A stretch of 64,000 nt of DNA from a virus (lineage: Duplodnaviria; Caudoviricetes), in IMG/VR virus record IMGVR_UViG_3300033463_000041, positions 1-64,000 of that record, one strand, 5' to 3'. Within the stretch, counting starts at the first letter, position 1. Each line of letters opens with the position of its first letter. The notes beneath the pieces are model-generated. The model did no database searches, had not been told where the DNA came from, and was given only the letters and a program-made list of their open reading frames with translations. Of the stretch, positions 57,811-64,000 are shown piece by piece. A program made the position numbers and the translations under genes.

Positions 57811-59736
57811 CTAACGGCGCTTGCTACGTGCCTTTGTCTCCGCGTCGCGCTTGCGCAGGGCATCGCGAATCTCCTCTGGAGACATGTTGGCATTCACGGT
57901 GCTACGCACGGTGCCAGTAGCCTCTGGAGCATCACCCGTTCCGTTGTCGGCAGGGATGCCACTGTCAGCGTTGGCCATAGGAGCGGGCTTACCAGCCATC
58001 TCCTTGAGCTCAGCCTTCAGGTCGCTAACCTGCTTCGTCAACTTGTCGACGTCCTCCTTCAGACCAGTGATGGTAGCATCACGCTCGGCAATCGTACCGT
58101 TGGCAGTCTCGATGTCCTTACGGGCCTGGTCGATGTCGGCCTGCAGCTGCTCGGCGGTATTCTTCTGACCGTCCAGCGACTCCTTCAATTCGGCAATCTC
58201 CTTGTCCTTGTCGGCAATCATCTGCTCTGCGTTATGCAGGGTTTCCTGAATCTTGTTAATCTCCTCAGTAGCAGCCTGTACGGCTTCCTCAGTAGCGGGC
58301 GCATCGGTTGGCTTTTCCTCCTCTTCGGCAGGTTTCTCCTCTGCGGGTTTCTCTTCCTCTTCGGCAGGCTTCTGCTCTTCCTCGGTAGCGGGTGCTTCCT
58401 CGGTGGGCTTCTGCTCTTCCTCAGCAGGCTTCTCTTCTTCGACAGCGGGTGCTTCGGTCGCAGGTGCTTCCTCTGCTGGCTGTTCCGTTGCAGGAGTTTC
58501 CTCCTGTGCGGCTGCGGCGGCTGCTTTAGCCTCCTTGGCCTTCATCTCTGTCAGCTTCTCTGTGAGGGTGTCAAGCAGAGGCTTATTGAGGAATGTACCT
58601 TCCTCTGTCACCTGCAACTCTTCCACTCCGAGAACCTGAGCGACAATCTGATACTTCTCGTCCATAATCGTGCTATTTTTTTGTGAAACATTGGTCTTGT
58701 TATCTGCAATATCGGCAATATGCTCAGCAGCGGCTTCTGCGCTTTTGAGTGCAGCTTCCATCGGATCTTCTTCATCGTCTGTCACGTCTGCAGGCTGTCC
58801 GATTTTACGGTTGGCGGTACGGGCGATAGGCTCTTCATCGCCGTTGGCCACGGCAAATGCGCGTGCCACCAGGTCGCCCAGCAGCATCTGTCCGTCACAC
58901 AGGATATCCATCACTTCGGATGCGTCGAATATCTTTCCGTCCAGATGCTCGTCGGTAGCATTAGGGAATGCTGCCTTCATATCGCTGCGGAACTCTGCCT
59001 CCAACTTGTCAAGTTCCTCAATCAGCAGCGTGGCATCGTCGTTCTCGGCAATGTCGCGATACTCCTTGTTCTTGTTGATACTCTTGGTAGCGTAGTACTC
59101 GCGGTAGGTCTCGCTGTCAAACTGATTCTTCTCACCGTTCTTGATAGTGAAGAACGCTGCCATAACGCCTACGCAACCCAACTGGTCCTTCAGGTTCACC
59201 ACGTAAACCTCGTCGCCAAACGATGTGAGATACTCACCAGCCGATGCACAAAGTCCGTCGATAAGCATATACACGCGCTGTCCACAGTCGTGAGCATAGT
59301 CGATAGCCTGCTGAAAATCGTTCTTAGCCCAAGCCGAACCGCCAGGGGTGTTAATCACCATGATATGAGCACGGCAGTACTTATTGTCGGCAGCCTCCAT
59401 CATCCAGTCGCGGATCTCCTTCGAGCCGTATGAGCAGGCATCGCCATTGCGTGTGATAGGTCCGTCTATGGGAATCACGTTCACAAACGGCTCCTTCATC
59501 TGGGCAAGCAGGTTGGAACCGTCCCAGTTATAACGAGGCAGCACCTCGCCGTCCTCGGTCACCTGAGCGTCGCGTATAACCTCTCCGTTCATACCGGCTA
59601 CCAGATATGGCTGCTTCTTCTCTACTGCACCGATGGCAATATGATTGTTGAAGTTGTGCATCAACGTAGGCAGCAAGCCGTGAACAAACTGCGGCATTAC
59701 CATCCAGTGCTTTGTTGTGAAAAGTTCGTAAATCAT
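57811..59736 (-). CDS. S49/ClpP-like prohead protease fused to a scaffolding domain
   Basis: IDGPIT, INTPGG, CASAG.Y and GCVGV motifs; acidic EEEKPA repeats and coiled coil. Confidence 0.85.
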   Translation of the reverse strand: MIYELFTTKHWMVMPQFVHGLLPTLMHNFNNHIAIGAVEKKQPYLVAGMNGEVIRDAQVTEDGEVLPRYNWDGSNLLAQMKEPFVNVIPIDGPITRNGDACSYGSKEIRDWMMEAADNKYCRAHIMVINTPGGSAWAKNDFQQAIDYAHDCGQRVYMLIDGLCASAGEYLTSFGDEVYVVNLKDQLGCVGVMAAFFTIKNGEKNQFDSETYREYYATKSINKNKEYRDIAENDDATLLIEELDKLEAEFRSDMKAAFPNATDEHLDGKIFDASEVMDILCDGQMLLGDLVARAFAVANGDEEPIARTANRKIGQPADVTDDEEDPMEAALKSAEAAAEHIADIADNKTNVSQKNSTIMDEKYQIVAQVLGVEELQVTEEGTFLNKPLLDTLTEKLTEMKAKEAKAAAAAAQEETPATEQPAEEAPATEAPAVEEEKPAEEEQKPTEEAPATEEEQKPAEEEEKPAEEKPAEEEEKPTDAPATEEAVQAATEEINKIQETLHNAEQMIADKDKEIAELKESLDGQKNTAEQLQADIDQARKDIETANGTIAERDATITGLKEDVDKLTKQVSDLKAELKEMAGKPAPMANADSGIPADNGTGDAPEATGTVRSTVNANMSPEEIRDALRKRDAETKARSKRR

Positions 59737-59762
59737 ATTCTTTCGTTTTTATTCAACTTTTT

Positions 59763-59801
59763 CCGCAATTTACTATGTATCGCCGTGATTGTCAAGGGCA
59801 A
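59763..59801 (-). promoter_or_regulatory. Putative phage late promoter, copy 7
   Basis: TTGCCCTTGAC-N18-TAAATTGCGG. Confidence 0.8.
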
Positions 59802-59829
59802 ACCAAGCAAGAAGCAATTTCTACACCTT

Positions 59830-61020
59830 TCACTTTAGTTCCGGCGTTCTGTGAGTGGCCGGGAAACCGGTAAACAATTTGCGTCTGTTCTGCTCGCAGA
59901 CTGCCTTGCGCTGGCGCTCTGCTGCAGCTTCTGCGTTGGCTGCATCCTGTGCCTCCTTTGCCTCGCGGGCGCGTATCGCGTTATATATAGGTGTGTCTAC
60001 GGCTGCGTCGCCAAGAGCATCAATGTGCTCTTCGATGAAGTTGCAAGCCGTTGCCATAGCCTGCTGTGCATCAGTCATGGAGTCACGTCTTGCCAGCTTC
60101 TCTTTTACAGGAGCCAACTCCGTTCTTCGGCTTTCCACATAGAGGGCCAGTGCAGTACGAAGCATCGACAACAGCTCATCGTAGACCTCTGCGTCAACCT
60201 CCTTCGTAGCAGCACCATTGTTGGCATACGCCACCACTGCCTTCAGCAGCTTGCCGCCGATGCGTGGCTTCAAATAAGTATTCTGGCAGAAGCGGATATC
60301 TCTTACCAGTGCTACATACGCCATACGCTCACCCTTGATATCCAGGTATTCGTTCAGTACACTGGCCGTCTGGAAAAGCAAGTCCTTATGCAGGTAGTAA
60401 GCGTCAGCCTCCTGCCACTTCTCGGTAAACACCTTATCGCATTTGGCGTCAGCCTCCAAGAACAGCAGCAGTGAGTCTATGGCGCGGCCTGCACTCATGT
60501 AGGCATCCTTCACCACGTGCTCTATCTTCTTCTGGTCTGCAGGATCGTAGCCCTCTGCACTCACCTGGTTCATGCCACCGCCCTCGTTGAACGAGACCGT
60601 CAGCAAGCCGGCCTTGTGCGACAACATCTTGTAGAACACAATCTGCTGACAGATGCGCAGCAGTCTGACAGTCACTTGATCCTGCTTCGGAACATCCTTT
60701 TCCTCCTTTGCCTGGGCAGTACATGTCGGCTCAACCAAACCTGCCTGCACGCGGTCCATGCGTTCCGTCGCGTCGGCATAAGGCACTTTGGGGTCTTTCT
60801 TCGCCTTGCCAGTCGGCTTGATGGTCGTCGATGTGATGTCGCCGTATTCCTTGCGCAGTCGCTCATACTCGTTGCAGAGATGCTGATACAGCGTGGTGCC
60901 AAGCAACGGCTCCAGAGCCACCCGCTCTTCCTCTTCCACATAACCGTAGATTTGGTCGGGTCTGCTCCACCGTGCCGTAGGCATCAGCGATATGATTTCG
61001 TTTTCGCTTCGTATAAACAT
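59830..61020 (-). CDS. Putative head-completion/connector protein (DUF6712-like)
   Basis: Duplicated LEPLLGTTLY / LKPRIGGKLL helical motif; in the head module. Confidence 0.5.
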   Translation of the reverse strand: MFIRSENEIISLMPTARWSRPDQIYGYVEEEERVALEPLLGTTLYQHLCNEYERLRKEYGDITSTTIKPTGKAKKDPKVPYADATERMDRVQAGLVEPTCTAQAKEEKDVPKQDQVTVRLLRICQQIVFYKMLSHKAGLLTVSFNEGGGMNQVSAEGYDPADQKKIEHVVKDAYMSAGRAIDSLLLFLEADAKCDKVFTEKWQEADAYYLHKDLLFQTASVLNEYLDIKGERMAYVALVRDIRFCQNTYLKPRIGGKLLKAVVAYANNGAATKEVDAEVYDELLSMLRTALALYVESRRTELAPVKEKLARRDSMTDAQQAMATACNFIEEHIDALGDAAVDTPIYNAIRAREAKEAQDAANAEAAAERQRKAVCEQNRRKLFTGFPATHRTPELK

Positions 61021-61035
61021 AGCTATATCGTTTTA

Positions 61036-61074
61036 CCGCAATATCGTGATTTCTAAAGAAAAAGTCAAGGGCAT
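61036..61074 (-). promoter_or_regulatory. Putative phage late promoter, copy 8
   Basis: ATGCCCTTGAC-N18-GATATTGCGG. Confidence 0.75.
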
Positions 61075-61931
61075 TTTAAATACATCTTCCCATCCCCATA
61101 GCAGAACACAGGTTTTCCGCTAAGTTCGCAGATTCTCGCCGCCTGCTCGCGGTCGCTCTCGACAAACAGGGTTGCCCAGTCCGACTTCTTATACTGATGC
61201 GCCTTATATCTGCCCGGGTACGACGTGGCATTACGCTCTTCACGACTATCAGCCTGAAACATAATCAGGTCGTTATATTGTATGCCATGTCTTTTCAGCC
61301 ATCGCTCGGTGACATCCCGGTACTTCTCCAGCCTGTATGTAACGATGGCTCCAATCGGCGTGGTGGGCACCACCATCGGCACGGCATGTTCAAGGTAGTA
61401 CTCGTAGGCTTTGGTGTCACGCTCCGACGGCGGGTCTTGGCACAGCACGCCGTCAATGTCCCACATCATGGCCTGTGTCTTATGCGCATGATGGTGCATG
61501 ATGTTCCACTCATAGAGATACCACCGCTCGCCTGGCACGTAGATATCCTCCAGCCAGATGTTCACCAGTGCCTTGGCATCTCTGCCACGGGCAAAGACAC
61601 AGCCGAACAGAATGTCATATGGCCCTGCCATCGTAACCAACAGATTGCGCGCCCTGACAATGGCAGCACCGGTGTTGACGGTATCGTCTATCACCAGTAC
61701 TTTCCCCGGTCTTCCTCTGCCAAGCAACGTCTGTCTGTCACCGCACGACATGATGTTGCCGTCAAGGAAATCATCCAACGAGGCACATCGCCTGCCCAGC
61801 AACTCGGCCACCATCAGTGCGGCTATCATGCCAGAGCGCGGTATGCCGACAATAATGTCTACATCCTGCGGTATCTTCCATAGATTCCTGCGGATAGCGT
61901 CCGACAGGTCTTGATAACTCTTGTATATCAT
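61065..61931 (-). CDS. Phosphoribosyltransferase-HAD phosphatase fusion
   Basis: IVGIPRSG and VLVIDDTVNTG (PRPP-binding); WDIDGVLC, VTYR and FVESD (HAD motifs). Confidence 0.8.
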   Translation of the reverse strand: MIYKSYQDLSDAIRRNLWKIPQDVDIIVGIPRSGMIAALMVAELLGRRCASLDDFLDGNIMSCGDRQTLLGRGRPGKVLVIDDTVNTGAAIVRARNLLVTMAGPYDILFGCVFARGRDAKALVNIWLEDIYVPGERWYLYEWNIMHHHAHKTQAMMWDIDGVLCQDPPSERDTKAYEYYLEHAVPMVVPTTPIGAIVTYRLEKYRDVTERWLKRHGIQYNDLIMFQADSREERNATSYPGRYKAHQYKKSDWATLFVESDREQAARICELSGKPVFCYGDGKMYLKCP

Positions 61932-61960
61932 AGCTTGAACCTGAAACTTGAAACCTGCCA

Positions 61961-63460
61961 CTATGTCCACAGGGCTTTATGCTCCTCCAGCCACTCTTTC
62001 GGGTCCTTCCCTTTCCAACTGCCATGACCGAAATGCAGGGCATAAGGGTCTATGCTCAACTCACGGCGCGGCAGACCGTGGTGTCTCACATCCTCCAAGA
62101 ACCAGCATCCCGTGTCATACGCCTTGTCAGGAGTCTTGTAAGTCAGCGCCCACATCTTCGGAAAGTTGAAGTAAGTCACACCCTCCTCCTTCATCATCGG
62201 CACGTTGACAAAGCAGAGGAACGGCAACACCCTCTCAACAGTAATCCTGAAAGCCGACATGTGAGGCTTCACCTGTCCGACGAACGCCTGCGTCTTATCC
62301 CAGAAACTGCTGATATCCTGCTTGATGAGCACGTCAGAGTCCATCAGGATAAACGGGTTGCGACGCTTGTTCACCAGCCACTGCACCGTCCAGCAGTGCT
62401 TGGCCGATGCCCATCCGTTGCCAACGTCCACCTTATCCGGGAACTCCTTCAGCCATTCGTCGAAGTTGATGATCTGCCCCTTGGTATTGTCGAGAACCTC
62501 TACACCGTCCATCGGCTCAAACGGTCGCTTGTCGCTGTTGTCGAACACGATGATGCCAACACCAGGCGTATGCTTCTGCAGCGAACGGATGCAGCAGCGC
62601 GTCATCTCAGGTGTGTTGTAGTGGACGATGCACACCGTAATACGCTGCTCCTTGTTGCGCTCGAAGGCTTCCATGTAAGCCTGCTTCTCAGGCGTTGCCT
62701 CGTTATACTTAAAGAATCTTCCCTTGTACTTCTTTCGGAAAGCATCCATGTCAGGCTTGTTGCCAGTACCCTTCGTCCACTTGTTCATCATCCACTCCTC
62801 AATGGTTTTCGTGGCGTAGTGGTGCAGTGTGGCCACGTTGAAATCGTATGGCTGGAATGGCGATGCCTCGCAAGGCTGCCACGTGGCTGTATAGCAGCAG
62901 CGCGCCGTATCTGGAATATGCGGATTGCGTCCGTAGGAAATCTCACCAAGTCCACCCCTCACGATGCTCTTGATGTGGTTGTTGTTTGGGAAGTCATACT
63001 GCACAGCCTTATCCAGTGGCAACGGCTCCGTGAAACGCTCCTTCACGCCACGTCCGTCATCATATACCAGTCCGCAGTCGCCATAGCATTTCCAGTTTAC
63101 CAGCACCGTATCGGCACCAGTGCCCGTATAGAAAGCCAGCCACTGCTTCACAGTCATCACGCTGTTCACAGTCAAAAACTCGTCGAAGTCAAAAAACGCT
63201 ATCCAGTCGTACTGCCCACCATACAGGCGATACATTTCGTTATAGGCCGTGACCTGCACGCCATGCCTGTTTCTGTAGTCATGGATGCTGACCTTGTGCT
63301 CAACGATTCTGTCGCCGAGGACATCCTCGAAGTATTCCTCCCCATCGTGGTTGTTGTCACAGATGTAGATATGGTCAAACCCCAGTTCAAGGTAATGCTC
63401 GACCCATTCTCGGGCATATCTGTTCTCGCGCCGCCCGATGGCTACCAATGCTATCTTCAT
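61961..63460 (-). CDS. Bifunctional glycosyltransferase (GT2_4/GT92-like plus GT2)
   Basis: EWVEHYL.LGFDHIYI.DN..., FFDFDEF; second domain VCIVHYNT...FDNS...MDSDV. Confidence 0.85.
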   Translation of the reverse strand: MKIALVAIGRRENRYAREWVEHYLELGFDHIYICDNNHDGEEYFEDVLGDRIVEHKVSIHDYRNRHGVQVTAYNEMYRLYGGQYDWIAFFDFDEFLTVNSVMTVKQWLAFYTGTGADTVLVNWKCYGDCGLVYDDGRGVKERFTEPLPLDKAVQYDFPNNNHIKSIVRGGLGEISYGRNPHIPDTARCCYTATWQPCEASPFQPYDFNVATLHHYATKTIEEWMMNKWTKGTGNKPDMDAFRKKYKGRFFKYNEATPEKQAYMEAFERNKEQRITVCIVHYNTPEMTRCCIRSLQKHTPGVGIIVFDNSDKRPFEPMDGVEVLDNTKGQIINFDEWLKEFPDKVDVGNGWASAKHCWTVQWLVNKRRNPFILMDSDVLIKQDISSFWDKTQAFVGQVKPHMSAFRITVERVLPFLCFVNVPMMKEEGVTYFNFPKMWALTYKTPDKAYDTGCWFLEDVRHHGLPRRELSIDPYALHFGHGSWKGKDPKEWLEEHKALWT

Positions 63461-63472
63461 GTCGTTATTCTT

Positions 63473-64000
63473 TTATTTGTCGTGTATGCCCAACTTCCTC
63501 TCAATCTCCCTGTGAACCGTCTCAGCCCTTACCTTCCAGTCGTAGATCTTCTCGTTGTCATTCAAGCAGACCATTCCCGCCTGCGGGTCACGGATAATCT
63601 CTGCCAGCCGCTGTGTCGGCGTTTCATGGTCGGTATAGTGCCTTGGTGGACGGTGCTCTACATACAAGCCCTCAAAGTGCTGGTACAGCATGTAGATATA
63701 GTGGTTGTAGCTTCGGTCGTTACGCTTCAGCGGCGACAGGTAATAGGTTATCTCGTCGCCATGCCTGCGCCATACCTCTTCACAGCTACTCTTCCTGATG
63801 GCAGCAAAGATATGCCCTGTGTCTGGCCACTTCGCCGTATAGTGCTTGCCGTAGCGCCCCGCTATCATGTTCAACTGATACATACACTTTCGTTGGAACA
63901 CATTCGGATTCGGCGGATATACCCGCTCCTTTATCCTCTGGCACGGCAAGAGTGTGCCGTCCGGTTCTGCCTGACGGAAAAAATCCTCCGGCTGCAGCGG
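63473..64000 (-). CDS. Stealth-family sugar-phosphotransferase, 5'-truncated by the window edge
   Basis: Frame stays open to the edge: PLQPEDFF (end of CR2), H...AIRKS..EEVW (CR3), VCLND (CR4). Confidence 0.7.
   Translation of the reverse strand, partial: PLQPEDFFRQAEPDGTLLPCQRIKERVYPPNPNVFQRKCMYQLNMIAGRYGKHYTAKWPDTGHIFAAIRKSSCEEVWRRHGDEITYYLSPLKRNDRSYNHYIYMLYQHFEGLYVEHRPPRHYTDHETPTQRLAEIIRDPQAGMVCLNDNEKIYDWKVRAETVHREIERKLGIHDK

Larger units (their letters stand above)
1..64000. mobile_element. Tailed phage/prophage genome segment (Caudoviricetes), probable Bacteroidales host
   Basis: Capsid, S49 prohead protease, tail fibre and holin-like genes, a DGR and dense small hypothetical ORFs; no host housekeeping genes; Bacteroidetes-type promoters and AT-rich translation starts. 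Confidence 0.93.

Noticed and set aside
58270-58510. Tandem-like DNA repeats suggestive of CRISPR or VNTR
   Set aside because: Degenerate coding repeats (EEEKPA/EAPAT) in the scaffold domain; no constant repeat with unique spacers
1-64000. Genome-wide stop-codon reassignment, as in some gut phages
   Set aside because: Long genes are intact in the standard code and TAA, TAG and TGA all end genes; only one isolated in-frame TGA was found

Overview
A 64-kb segment of a large tailed dsDNA phage or prophage, most likely of a Bacteroidales (Prevotella-like) host. The host inference rests on AT-rich, mostly SD-less translation starts, TAnnTTTG host promoters and a DUF4494-like gene. Positions 1-28.2 kb are a dense plus-strand array of small early/middle genes: four recognisable DNA/SAM methyltransferases (one split at a C7 tract), a truncated DnaB-like domain, a TrpF-like TIM barrel, a DUF2829/Tad2-like anti-defence gene, and a radical SAM enzyme followed by a His-Cys-repeat peptide. 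Positions 28.3-64 kb are the late region: holin-like genes, divergently transcribed tail and fibre genes, a complete diversity-generating retroelement (target gene with VR, MutS-like accessory gene, TR, RT), a Cys-rich operon of unknown function, tail/capsid/prohead-protease genes and a glycan-synthesis cluster (Stealth, double glycosyltransferase, PRTase-HAD fusion). Eight copies of a bipartite motif, TGCCCTTGAY-N18-KAWMTT, precede late genes. The strongest candidate for an undescribed system is phage-encoded virion glycosylation: the glycan cluster sits beside the head genes, and many virion proteins carry Asp/Ser-rich tails. All product calls come from motif recognition by eye; no database searches were run. 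No terminase, portal, tape measure, integrase, tRNA, rRNA or CRISPR array was recognised.
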